A model generated the notes under the pieces. It made no database searches. It had not been told where the DNA came from and saw only the letters and a program-made list of their open reading frames with translations. This document shows positions 40,046-54,058 of a DNA stretch of 64,000 bases, in pieces. This DNA comes from Bigelowiella natans CCMP2755 (Eukaryota; Protista; Cercozoa), in NCBI GenBank assembly GCA_000320545.1, contig ADNK01000828.1:124001-188000 (forward strand), read 5' to 3'. The position numbers and the translations under genes were made by a program. Position 1 is the stretch's first letter. Each line of letters opens with the position of its first letter.

Positions 40046-43000
40046 TTAGAGCACTAAACGCGGAAGGCTTGCAGCGTTCAACCCGCATGAATCTGCTGCT
40101 GGTACTTTTTCGATGACCCAAGTTCAATGTAACTATATCCTTCTGGGACAACTTCAGGACAAAACTCCATGCTGATTGCTTCCTGCCCACCGTATGTATC
40201 TTCAAGACTGGACATTTTTTGCATTCTTTGTGGTGGAAGCGCATGAACGGCAACAGCAAATTTTGGGCAAGCGCTTCGCTTCCACACCCAATTCTTGGGC
40301 TCATGGTGAGAGAGGAGAAAAGTGTTTCTTGCCGCGTAAGAAAAATCTCTGAAGTAATGATGGAAAAGTCACATATATTATACGATAGTTTAGATAGAAA
40401 AGTATCGCTATTGGAAGAAAAGGAAGACATTTCTCGAGACCAGACGAGATAATCGCCAGCATGTAGAAATGGAAACAAAAAATTTAAACCAAGGAGGAGG
40501 CACTAAAATTGCCTGGAGTAAAGCTACATATTACATACGTACCTCGTCACATCTAAAGAGTTTTCCATTATCGTGAGAGGTGTGATATTATGTTTTTGTA
40601 ATATGATGGCAGTGTTAACGTCCTCGAGAGGAAACACAAGATCCTAGTATTGAAAGAAAAGAAGGAATGGGAAGAGAAAAATGAGAGAACTCTTGTGTTT
40701 AATAGAGAGTACATCAATGTTATAACATCCATCACCCGTGCTTGCCTTCAGGTACCTTTCTGCCTATTTTCCTTTAATGCTCTCTACATATAAATGCAAC
40801 GAACGCATCGGCACCTCCCCTCCCCTGTTTCCATTTCTCTCTAACCACACATCTATCTAACCTGAGGAAGGTTGGAATCGAACTCCATGGCCAGAAACCT
40901 TGTCGCGTTCTGGGATAAGATATAAAAAGGACCCTCTGCGTAGTCCGGAAAGTGCCTAGAAATCATTTTCATTTTACATGTGTAAATTGATTAAATAGGA
41001 TGCACTGTGAGGCCGCGAGTTACAACGACGGGTACCTTGGCTTGAACATTCGGAAAGGTACAGCCCACTTATGATGATGCTTTCGTTTCACAATCGCCTG
41101 ATGTTTGGATAATCGATATTTCCATAATTACAATTTATATGAGTGGTAGCAATGAGCAGCAACAATGTTAATCAGAAGCAGAGGCGAGAGATAACACGCA
41201 ACTGAAGCAAAATATTTATCATCTTTGTCCTTTTTTTTTTAATTCTGCTACCACAACCAGCACTAATATCACCATCATCACCTTATGTCTTAGGCGTCCG
41301 ATGTAGAAATCACCTTCAAGACTATTCTCAATGGCAAAGCATTTCCTCCTCCTTCTACTCCTTCGCATCCTCCTGCTGCTGCTACTGCTGTCGTGGGTAC
41401 TGAGATGATGATGGCGACGATGTTGATGATGATGATGATAATGATGGAAGTGTGGACTTTGATGCCGTTCGACCTCCTCCTGTTCTCCTTCTTCCTTGCC
41501 CCCATTACTTTTTCCTTTTATCTCTTTGCTCTTGGTAACACTGGTGCTTCTGCTGCTGCTGCTGCTACTGCTGTGGTTATCATCGATAATCTGCCGCTTC
41601 TGTCGCTGATGCTGCTGCTGCTGCTGCATAGGGTCGTCATAGTTATATTCCCTACAATCAGACTCATTATTATCTAAACTTTGTTGTAGTCCCCGAATCT
41701 TTTGTACAAGTTCCGAAAATTTACTCGTAGAAATGTATACGTCGTCATCTACTTTGACAAACAACCACTGGTCCTCCTCCTCACCAGTATCATGGTGTTG
41801 CTGTCGATTTTCATTACTTCCCTTGATCATGTTGGTGTCAGTGTTCGCACTGGTAAAGATGGAACTGCTTTCATCATCATCTTGAGCATCATGATGATCA
41901 TGGCTGTCGAATATCTCTTTCTCTGTCCACCATGCTGCTCCCAATGTCTGTGTAGATAGACGGTGGTGGTGAAGGTCGTAGTCACGATTTGATGATAGTG
42001 ATAATAATTATAATGACGAGGAGGTATATTGCCAGGAAAAAGAAGAGGATATGAACATATATCGTGGTTATAAGAAAGGTAACTGAAATGGAGAATATAT
42101 ACGAGAAATATGAAAATCAGTATCATTCTACTACAATCACCCCCTACCTTTCGTGACAAGTTATAGTAGCCATCTCCAATGGGGAGTAGTATCAGATCGC
42201 CCTCCCGCTCCTTTTCTGAGATAAGCTCTGATAAGCCAGAACAGGTGGGGGGAGAAAAGGCAACAGAGTGGAAGAATGAGCAATGAAAGAGAAGCACATG
42301 ATTGACTAACACCCAGCAAGAACTGACGACGAAAGAGTGGGAGGTTAAGTATTGTAATATACTGTATCCAAACATTAATGTGTCTATTACTGTCATGTAA
42401 TTCTGGGTTATTCCCTAATCCTCCGACAAAAAATTTGTAGACAGCCCCTGTGGTAGTGATAATAACCGTAATTGATAGTGAGGTGGTGTCGAACCAACAC
42501 ATATTTGCAATTTTGCTACTTCGCATTCCAAAGAACGAAAAATTGAAAATGCAGCTAAAATACAACCTCGTTATCATTTGCAAGCGGCGAGAAAAGTGAT
42601 AACATTATGCATTGAGTCATCGTCGTCATGTGATCTGTTTTGTTGTATCATCCCTTTATTAACTACCTCTTGCAACAACCCTAGATATCCATGAGTTTCT
42701 CAAAGCCTCTCTCTGATCCTCGTGCTGCGGACTTGTCATCACGGCAAAGAATACCTTCTTTAACGAGAATTTGGTTGCTGCTGCAGCACCACCATTACCA
42801 CCAGTCGCAGTGGTGTTAAGGTAGTTGTGCCCCGCTTCTCCCCGACCCCCAACTCTTTCGTTTTGATCATGTTCTGCGGAAGAAGTTGGGGTGGAAATGT
42901 TTGTTTTTCCTTCGTATGAAAGGTGTAAAGGACGAGGAGGAGGCGGAGGAGGAGGATCACTGCTGTTATTTCTATTGAGCTGTGTGTCCTTCTCGACATC

Positions 43001-44209
43001 TTCCGAAGGATAAAAATTATCATCTCCCTCATCCACTTCCTTCTCTTCCTTGTCGTTGCGATGATGATACGATAAGCCTCGATCAGAATTATTTTCGTCA
43101 CCAATACTATCGTGATCAAACTCCTTTGCAACACGCTGGAGCTCTAACAGACCTTCATTATCGAAGGGGGAGGAGGAAAATGCTGACCCACTATTATTAT
43201 TACTGATGCTGCTGTCGTGAGTATAATCAGCTTCTTTCCGTTGTCCTTGCTGCACAGACGATAGCTTGCTACCCTCCTTCTCTTCATCTTCCTCCTTGTC
43301 GTCCTTAACATAATAACGATGATGATACTCCTGGTGGCTCATTCCATCATGATCTCCATCCTTCGTTCTTAAGCTGCTGCTGCTGCTGCTACTGATGGCC
43401 GTGGTGTTACTGGTATCACTGCTTGTTGTTGTTGTTGAGGGTTCCAAACTCATCATAGTAGTGCTACTGCTGCTATGGTTTTGACTGTTTTCATTATTAT
43501 CGTAACTGTGCACCTCTCCCTCCTCTATTTCCTCGTTATACACCCTCATCGTATCAGTATCTTTGTCGTTGTGTTCCCGCATCGTATTAGTATCTTCGTA
43601 GTAATCGGCCTCAACGAATGACATCTTTCCTCCTCCCCCTTGTATCGAATTATGCTCAGAAAATACCTGATCGTAGTATTCTATTCAGGAACTACCCAGT
43701 GCGTACATTTATGTTAGAGGAAAAAGGCAGGAACATCGTTCTCGCGATGATTTTCATCCCAGTAACAAAGAATAAAAGTCATTCTAAGACATACAATCAA
43801 TACTTCAGAAGTAAAATTTTTAGGTACCGTTCCAGCAAGATCACGTGCAGCGTCGTGAAGTAGCAGCTCACCTATCCAATCAACAACACAACCGATTCAG
43901 CAACCTTGGATCGATCAACGGCAGTACAATGAAAACGAATGATAATGGATTTCATATGGACGTATTGTCATTGAAAATATTGAAGATGCCTTTTAACGCG
44001 GAACAACATCGCAGAGCTAAAAAGTATGCTGACAGGATGACGACATGCACTTCTGCTTTTGTGGCATATGTTATCTGACAACCCAAGAATTGTGTACTAC
44101 TGCTACTGCAGCATTATCAAAGATCAGCACTACCTTCAAAGGCCTCCACATGGACTGTCAGTGTAGAAAGTATAACTAGCAAGTTAATATAGAAGAAGGC
44201 TGTTGTCAT
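40041..44209 (-). CDS. Glycosyltransferase family 31 (beta-1,3-galactosyltransferase-like) with long low-complexity stem
   Basis: Signal/anchor MTTAFFYINLLVILSTLTVHVEA; VFFAVMTSPQHEDQREALRNSW; YKFFVG; LISEKEREGDLILLPIGDGYYNLSRK; FVKVDDDVYI (DxD motif); FYIG; FPDYAEGPFYILS; FPLEDVNTAI. Confidence 0.88.
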
Positions 44210-44406
44210 TGCAATAGAGCGCTCCTCTACCTCGTCCCCCCTGCCTTCAGTTGAGCGTCTAATTAATGATTGCCCTCTTTATCCTCTTCATTATCAGGCT
44301 TGACATAAATCGCTTCTGAGTCCAATCATTACATATATTGCACTCGGTATACAGGCATTCAACGTTCTCACGTTGGTAACTATTTTAGACATTTAAATAT
44401 GTGTGA

Positions 44407-44466
<60 letters not shown>

Positions 44467-45088
44467 AGCAGCAGCAGGAGGAGGAGGAAGAAGGTAGAAG
44501 AAGGGATAAAATTCAAAAGTTGTTTGTCAAGGCAAGGAGAAGAAAAAGGGTGATGGCTGTAGGCTGCTGCTGTCCGATTTTCCCATTGTTTACCTACTAC
44601 TACCGCTACTACCTATAAGTAGGCATCATCATTATTGTGCTCCTTCATCATCACATGTACTGTGTGTGCCCCATCTGATCGATTGATAAGAAACCACTGA
44701 ATCCTGTTGCTGGTGCTGCTTGCTAGTTCGTCTCTGTCTCTCTCTCTCTTATGTGCTATTTAGGCAAGTTGAGTTATTTGAAAATTCGAATTTTAGAATA
44801 GCAGCAGCCCTGGGTTTTGCGGAGAATACCGGTATTTTCGGTGGAAATATTTCATCGAATTTAAAAAAGCGGCAGGCATTACGTGTAAGAACATGTACGA
44901 CAAGTCACAACTACTAGGGTATGGTGTTGAGAGGCATGCCAGTTACTACCAGTATTCTTCTTCTTGTTATTTTAGAACAATAATGGCCTCAGTTTGGTAG
45001 ATGCGACAAAGAAATAATAGTAATTCATCTAGTCATCAGCTTATTACCCAACAAATCGTCAACAACGTGCCAGATACTGCACACAACC

Positions 45089-45748
45089 ATGGTGCCTTAC
45101 GAGCGGCTTATTAGCCTTCTCCTCCTCCTCCTCAGAGCTAGTACCACACATGCTATTAACATTACTGGTACTGGAGCTTCCTTTATGGACTGTGGTTCTG
45201 CGCCGTTGTGTGGTGAGACAAGCTTTTTACAAGAAGCTGAAAGCTGTAAACTTTCCTCTGAAACTCATTTGAATTATTTAGGCGTAATGGTTCTGGAGAC
45301 GGGTTACGGTATAGTCAACAATGCGTGCTAAAAAACAAAAACAACAACAATATAGTGAATTTTTACTGCATTATAGGCCCATCAGCGTATCACCACGATG
45401 TACCATGCGTGCATGGAATCTGGCCTCAAGTTGGAAGCTATGGCTCTTCCCAATGCATCGCTCCTTCTGACACCTCTGATCCAACTTCCATGGCTAGCTG
45501 TTATGTACGTTTATCTTCGTTGTGTGTTTGTGTAAAGTAGTACAATATGGAGGAGAGCAACAACTGATTCGTCGTTTTCCACTTAAAGGATGATTTGAGC
45601 TTCATGACTCACGAATGGGAGAAGCATGGAACTTGTGCTGGTGTCAAGGACTCCGACGATTTTTTCAGCCAAGTTTGCTCACTATCAGCGCAGCCTCTCT
45701 CGGTGATGCAGCCTCTGAGGGCCCAGGTAGAAATTGATGATAAAGCAA

Positions 45749-45789
<41 letters not shown>

Positions 45790-46705
45790 TATATTTGAGT
45801 ATGTATTTGTGCGGTGTTGTTAGATCATTCTCCTCGTCCTTATATTGTTCAATTTATTATTAGAGTCAAAGCTTGGCCGACATGGCTAGTGCTTTAAAGA
45901 ATGGTGGATATCCTGTTTACTACGTTGACGACGTTGACTCTCAGATCTACATATCTGTCTGTGCGTCCAACGACGGGCAGTGGAAGATCGCTGATGTCTC
46001 GCAGTTCTCGACTGTGTGCAAGGGTGGTGTAATTTAAACGACGGTGACTAATCGATTGTGTTAGCAGCAGCCGCCATGTAGTATTAGCATATATCTGTTT
46101 GAGTAGTAGTGATGATAATGTGTGGATGATGGTATTATTATTAATCACAGGTACTGCACCTGCACCAGGACCGTCTCCAGGCCCTTCTCCCTCCCCTGGT
46201 ACTACTACTAGTACTAGTAGTAATGATAGTAATAGTATTATGATCAGTTGCGATGCTATAAATAAATTGATGATAATGCATGTATTTCCTGATGGATGCT
46301 CTCCTCCTCCCCCCCCCTCCAGGTGGAAGTAAGTGCATCGCAGACCAGCACGGCCCAGCTTGTTCTTCTGACTCTGATTGCACGCAATATGACTCCTGCA
46401 TCCGCTGTGCCGGCTCTGGTTATTGTACTTGTGTTGATGAGACCACGGGACAATGTGCTGCTGCTGCTGCTACCTCTGCTGCTCAACTATCATCTGCTAC
46501 CACTCGCACTAGTAAATCTGCTTTGGCAAATGGTACTACTACGGGTATGAAACATCATCATCGTGGTGGCGGACTAGGCGGTGCACCGTACATGAATTGT
46601 GGATCTTCATCGTTATGCGGTACTACAAACTAGTATTGGGTTATCATAACAACCTCGACGACAATCGTCGCTGCTAGTAGTGCTGTTTACTTGCTGGCAG
46701 GGATA

Positions 46706-46740
<35 letters not shown>

Positions 46741-47699
46741 CCACTAAAACGACATACGCGTAATTTTACATCGACGACTAGTTAGATGTTGCACGACTAT
46801 TCGCTGCTGCTGCCGCTGCTGCTACTACTACTAGAATAGTAATAATCATCGATGATCACACACTTAAATTGTTGATGGGATGTAGGTGTGTTGGTGCTGG
46901 AAAGTGGCTACGGTAAACAACAACAACAACTACTACTACTACTACTACTACTACTGCTAATGATCTCTTTGTATACATAACAATGCACACTATTTTCTTT
47001 TTTAACTCCTCCTTCCGAAGCAACGGTAAAAGGAATGGTGATTGTTATCATTATCATCTTTAAACCTCCTCATCCATGCAGGCCCACCAGACTATCACCA
47101 CGATGTACCATGCGTGCATGGAATCTGGCCTCAAGTTGGAAGCTATGGCTCTTCCCAATGCATCGCTCCTTCTGACACCTCTGATCCAACTTCCATGGCT
47201 AGCTGTTATGTACGTTTATCTTCGTTGTGTGTTTGTGTAAAGTAGTACAATATGGAGGAGAGCAACAACTGATTCGTCGTTTTCCACTTAAAGGATGATT
47301 TGGGCTTCATGACTCACGAATGGGAGAAGCATGGAACTTGTGCTGGTGTCAAGGACTCCGACGATTTTTTCAGCCAAGTTTGCTCACTATCAGCGCAGCC
47401 TCTCTCGGTGATGCAGCCTCTGAAGGCCCAGGTAGAAATTGATGATAAAGCAAGCATGTATAGATATATATTTGAGTATGTATTTGTACGGTGTTGTTAG
47501 ATCATTCTCCTCGTCCTTATATTGTTCAATTTATTGTTAGAGTCAAAGCTTGGCCGACATGGCTAGTGCTTTAAAGAATGGTGGATATCCTGTTTACTAC
47601 GTTGACGACGTTGACTCTCAGATCTACATATCTGTCTGTGCGTCCAACGACGGGCAGTGGAAGATCGCTGATGTCTCGCAGTTCTCGACGAAGTGCTAG
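45089..47699 (+). CDS. Secreted ribonuclease T2 family protein with two tandem catalytic domains
   Basis: Signal peptide, then CAS I (VHGIWP) and CAS II (FMTHEWEKHGTC), each present twice. The domains are joined by a Pro-rich linker and a small Cys-rich module. Stop TAG at 47697-47699. Confidence 0.92.
45388..47689 (+). repeat. Near-identical direct repeat, 45388-46012 and 47093-47689, including introns
   Basis: About 600 bp with 5 substitutions seen and a net 28-bp length difference in (TA)n tracts. Confidence 0.95.
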
Positions 47700-48428
47700 A
47701 TATTCGAATTACTATGTAGAGATGCAACTTTATCATAGAAATTTATCCTTTTTTCCGTCCCAATAGATATTGTTCAGTTGCAGAAGCTTATTCAAATTGT
47801 GGTGATTGAATGAACTTCGCATAATTCAAATGACACTGAATATTTTTGGTACTTCGCAACTGAAGATGTCAATCTAAATTCGACGAAGTTAAAACCGGTA
47901 CGTTGTATTCAAAAAGTGCAATGTAAAACTAAACTGGTGAAAGCAAATAAACATATTGAGATTGTTACAAGTGCATTCATCAGCGCATACATGCGTATAC
48001 AAGCGAACACTGCAGCTGCATGCATGGTGCAGCACCGGGTGTCATGCAAAATGATGCATTTTGTCCGCATCGGCAATGATGTCTGCATGTAGACGGTGTC
48101 AGATGCATCATCGCCAAAATGATCTACAACTGGATGTTTACAACGTCGTTACAAGCTACTCTTTATCTATAGTAGTGACGGCCATGCGTGCTGCAAAGGC
48201 ATGTAGAGTCATTTGTATGTAGCAATAATTAACGGCTCAACGTGCAAGGATCAAAGCAAGGAGGTCCCATCTAGCTAGCCATGCCGGGGTGCTAACAATT
48301 AATGAAGCTTTTGATCAGTGTCTAGAGTGTGCCTTATTGTTATAATTATGTCTTCTACATATCTAGATATCTGGTGAGTTCAAATAATCGTTACAGCTGC
48401 GAGATCATTAGGCAGTAGACTTGTACTC

Positions 48429-49704
48429 CTATCGGTTTGAGTCATCCTCATCCGGATCCTTCCAGTTATTTTCATCTTCAAAAATATGTAACAAGAGTGA
48501 ATGAAAAAGATCAACTTCTAAATGCTAAGGAGAACCAAAATATTGTGCTTGGCAAATTTTGGTATTGCTTGTGACATACATATTCTGTACATATATACAT
48601 ACATATGTATATATATATATATATATATATATGCAAATATGAATACATTTATCATGTATGCATATGTGACAATTCATTACTTAATATTTTTTTCAAGTTA
48701 TATAATCCTGAGCGATAACTTTGTGTAAATCGTCATCACGATAATAAATACCAGTCCACCAGTTGGTGAAGCTTTTGATCGCCTTTCCCGGTACAGATGG
48801 AAGCGACTCAAAAGTCTCAAACATGTCAAGAATTTCCTAATGTTGTATAAGGATGTTATAAATATCATCATCATCATCTACTATTTTTTTACTCTTCATG
48901 ATCGTCATAAGCTGTATTGCGGATTAAAGCGCATAAGCGTAGACTATTATAATTATCACACACGATTAAAGTTTTTACTGTTCAACCTCATCACCATCCT
49001 CTTTTTTGTTTTTAATATCTCATAATTGGGTAGTTATTCTTCAATAACCTGATTTTGGTTCTCCATTCCTTTCTTCGTTGGAATCCCTCGAATAGGTGCC
49101 AATCTTGTTCGCACCTTTGCAATTTATTGTTGTCCACTCAGTGAGTTGTTTGCTGCTATTCATCGTGGCACAACATGCATTGCATACATACATGCACCAA
49201 CAAATATTATTTGGAAAACATCAATTTTGCGATGAGAAATACTGAACATCATCGAGCACCGTTACAACGAACCGATAAAATTTCTTGTGCTGATATCAAT
49301 ATTGTAATGACTACAACGATCCAACCTCTTCCATATTCTCTCTCTCTCTCATTCTACATTACTAATATTATCTAATGTAATCATTATTAATCAATATGAT
49401 TATTATCACCGTATCCATAAACGACGAAACAACTTGCTTCTCACCAATACGAAGCAGCTACGAAGTAGTAGTAGTAGTAGTAGGAAGTAACGAGATGTTG
49501 ATAAAGTAGTACGATAGTTGTGCGTGCACACGATAAATATACCCTAATACAATCACTTATACCCCCTTATACCCTCCTCCTCCTCCTCCTCCTCCTCCTC
49601 CTCCTCCTCTCCTCCTCTCCCCCTCCTCCTCTTCATGACCATACTCAAATCACGATAACTTCTTTACTTGAGCATAGCTCATTGATATCATTACAATTCC
49701 TTTA

Positions 49705-49739
<35 letters not shown>

Positions 49740-50304
49740 GTACTAACTTAACAGTAAAGCACAAAACATTATCAACCGCTGCTAACTTTGCCGGAACAGA
49801 AGATTCCATGTCTTTGAGAACAAATCGGTCAGAGTCAGTGTCAGGAGTCCGATATCCCTGATAGATAGATAAATGCTTATCGTCGTCGTCCTCCTCCTCC
49901 TCCTCCTCCTCCTCCTCATCATCATCATCATCATCATTATGATCATCATCTTCGAACATACCGCAGAAATCATCCTAGCCTCGGTTAGTAAGAGCTGCAA
50001 AATCTGTTCCAAAAAATCATTATCATTTTATGTTCATAGTATTAATCCAGTATTTCCTCCTCCTCCTCCTCCTCCTCCTCTCCTTCTCTCCCTCCTCGCC
50101 ATCATCATCATCATCATCATCATCATCATTGGGTAGTCACGTTATCAAATTGTCAATACCGACAGACACAATTGCTACTACTACTACTCTTATCAACACC
50201 ATCAGAAAGCTTGTAGGAATAGGTTTCGTATATCTTACACGTGTTTGTAGTCATTAAATCGTCACATTAATTCTTCTTGATTACGACGGTATGAGGTGCA
50301 GTAG

Positions 50305-50337
<33 letters not shown>

Positions 50338-51160
50338 TATGATAGTGATAGCAACCTCGTATTCATTCATTTCACTTATCGGCTTGTCGCCTTCAAAATC
50401 AAGCTTTAACAGCTCATCGGTACTACACACAGTAGTAGTGATAGTCATTTAGTTGTTGTTTGCATCATGATGATATATTCAACCATGCAATACTACTACT
50501 ACTACTACCACTACCACTACTACAACTACTGCTGCTACTACTTTTGCAGTCGTGATAAGCGAAGATATCTGCCAAGCATAGCAATATAAGAAAACGGATA
50601 AGATTAGGAGGGTAGTAGGAAGAAGAAGAAGAAGAAGTAGTAACATATAGACGACGTGGTGTGTATGGAAACATTGTCATCGTTATTGTGGTGGTGTGCG
50701 TACGATAACAGCTCTAGCGGAAGTCGGTCTTTGTAAACGAGGAATGTCTGTTCTTCGGACATGTTGTAGGCATCCAAAATCTTAACCACGAAGAAAAACA
50801 AAAGCAAGAACAAGAACAAAAGACCACCAACGAGAAGAACAAAATCAAAACAAAGAATTATCATCAAACTCACGAGTTGTCAATGAGTCATGTATTACTA
50901 GTTATGATTTATGATCCAATGATGCAACCCCTACTACTCTACCTACTACTCTACAAAATGAATGAACAGTACAATGAAGTCACTAATGCACTTGATAGTA
51001 CTACTCTTTTAAACTCTCTCTCTTACCTGTTTCTTCGCTGTATACAAAGCATCAGCCATTACGACGTTTGCTTGGACGGTTACAAAGTCGTCGGGGTTAT
51101 CAGATCTAGGAGAGAATGAGTAACACATGATCTCTCTTAATGGACAACATTCTATGTATC

Positions 51161-51206
<46 letters not shown>

Positions 51207-52261
51207 CCATAATATTGATTTATGATCATTACATATTGATTTATTTTATCGGTTTCATCACAGTTATTATTATCATTATCATACTATTCATATCTTGGTG
51301 ATTTTTATACCATATATCAGCACGACTACTACTCGTACAGAATGAAACACAGGGCAGTACACAAAGTGAGGTAGTAGCAGAGCAGCACCCACCCACCTAC
51401 AATATCCCTTGGTCAAGAGAAGCTCAGCATTGGACATACCTGAACAACAATTCAACAACAACAATCAATCATCAAATTGTGATAACAAGAACTAGTTAGC
51501 TGAAAAGGAGATGATGTAGTAGTAGCCAGTATCATATCCAATGCTGCTGCTGTTGTTGTTGTTGTTGTTGTTGTTGTTCCTGCTTTTGAACTAATAATAG
51601 CCTTCTTTTTAACTAATAATATCACCCAATTATGTATTATTATCTCTTTGTGTTGCTGTTAATGATACGTATACCGTGAATGAAGGATTTAATAGGGTTG
51701 ATACTCTCCCTCTTCTTCTTTTTGTAATGGTTGTTGTTGGTGGTGGTGGTGGTGATGATGGTGATGATGATGATGGAAATGGTTGCTAACCAACGGGCTC
51801 TGTGACATAGATTTCATCTCCTTTTCCAATCTATGGTCGGTATGGATTAGACAAAAGAACAAACAACTTAGTAGTAATAGTAGTCATAAATCATCAACTT
51901 TAAGAAGAGAAGGAGAGATATAGAGAGAAGGCGAATAATGATTGATGACAATAAGGCACATAGTGTTATTACCTTGGTATCAGCGGTCAAGACTACCGCA
52001 TCTTTGCTTTGATCGTAGTCAAGGGTGGCCATCAAAGTAGTACCACCAGTTGAAGAAGAAGAAGAAGAAGAAGAAGAAGAAGAGACTACAACCCTTGGAA
52101 GAAGCTCTGTTAGCGGTACCAAAGCCACCTGTTTCACTGACTCTAGATACACCTAGAAGAAGAAGAAGAAGAAGAAGAAGAAGAAGAACATCAACAACAA
52201 GAAGTTGTAGCAGTAAGTCCTCTCACACACACTCAGTCGTTGGTTGTTGCTGCTTATCTTG

Positions 52262-52297
<36 letters not shown>

Positions 52298-53049
52298 CGC
52301 CGCACCGCGGTTTATACGAATATCAGTGATCATTTTCATTATCATCCTCCTCCTTCTCCTCCTCCTCCTCCTCCTCCCCATTCTTCTCTATTTCACCATC
52401 ATTCAGATATTATTAGTAGTAATAAAAACCAACCAACCCCGTGAGCCAAAACAACCGAGAATGCGTCTACAAAGGCTTGGAACGTAAGTCCTCCACGTAG
52501 TGCATCCAGTGATGACGACGAAGAGGAGGAGGACGATATTAATTCATCGATTTTCTGATGATGATGATGATGATTACGATGATAGTAAATCTTGTTAGTC
52601 GTCATACAACACCGGTATATCTGCATCATCATCATGATCATCATGCAAGATGATCACTGTTTATGGTTATATTATTATCCTCATTATTCTGATCATCATC
52701 ATCATCAACATCATTCTAGTTCCTACTACTACTCTACCTGTTCAAGTGCTATCCATCTTTTCTCCAAAGCCTTAATTCAAAACATTGAAGCGAGTAGTAG
52801 GAGTACATTTACACATTATTTATTATTATTAAAAGCCTTCTCCAGCAACTTTCTCAAAATAGACTAATTTCTACTCATTATATCTTCTCTTCCCTTGTAC
52901 ATATTATAATGCGATCTACTACTTCCTTCGATTATCTACCTGAACTCGTTGATTTGCTTCCTCTTTTATGAAAGAGCCTTGGAGAAGTGAATTACGTTCT
53001 TCCGATGTCCAGGTTATCGGAGAATATCTGATTATGATAAGATCACATA

Positions 53050-53085
<36 letters not shown>

Positions 53086-54025
53086 GGCAAAATCAAATCC
53101 AGAGAATAATAATGTAAGAAGAACAAGAATAAAAACAAAAAAAAATACAAATAAGAAACAATATGGATATGTACATATATACATTTCGTCTGTTGTGGGT
53201 TTTGTTTGGAATGTATTTATGTGTTCTTGAAGCATCCACAAATATTTATCAACGAGTGTTTCTCTAGTGTGTAAAGTTATTTCATCATCATCATCATCAT
53301 CACCATCATCATCATATCACCATAACAAATAATTTTAATAATCGTAAAGACTGCTTCTACTTACGTGAATAATGGCAAAGTTTTAAAGTACCCAACCCAT
53401 TTCGAATCCTGATGCAATGAATTATTCAATCAATGAATAGACGATAACGATGATGACGATAATTGAATAGATGCTCCAATTATGCACATACGTCGTTATT
53501 GTTATCATTCAGTGCTATATCTGATTCAGATAAAAATGATGATGATGATGATGGTGATAATGAGCAATAAAATGAACTACTTCTCTATTAAATATTGTAG
53601 CACATTACTTGTCCTAATGCTCTTTCTCTCATAATCCACAATGCGAGGGATGTTAAAGTATCTTGCCCTTCCGAAAGCTGGTAGTAGTTTTGTGTGCATG
53701 CATATTATAAAGAAGGAAGAGGTGGAGAAAACACGCAACGTCGTCCATTTTTTACGACGTCATATATTTGAGATCAAATGCATCAAAAACAAAAACAATG
53801 GCAGCAGCAGCAGTAGCATATAGAAAAACCAACCTCCTTGAGTAAAGGGTCGTCCTCTACATCCTTCTTTGTGATACAAAGCATTGATGGAACGCTTAAG
53901 ATGGGCTCACCTGTCATTATCATCATCATCATCATATTATCATATCATCATCATGTGAGATAACCTATTTCAATTGTGGCCTCCCTTGCTATCGTGCGTG
54001 TATTATAATTTTGTATATACCATAA

Positions 54026-54058
<33 letters not shown>

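Noticed and set aside
38934-40116. Cluster of Cys/His-rich overlapping ORFs
   Set aside because: Same stop-codon depletion artefact within island 2.
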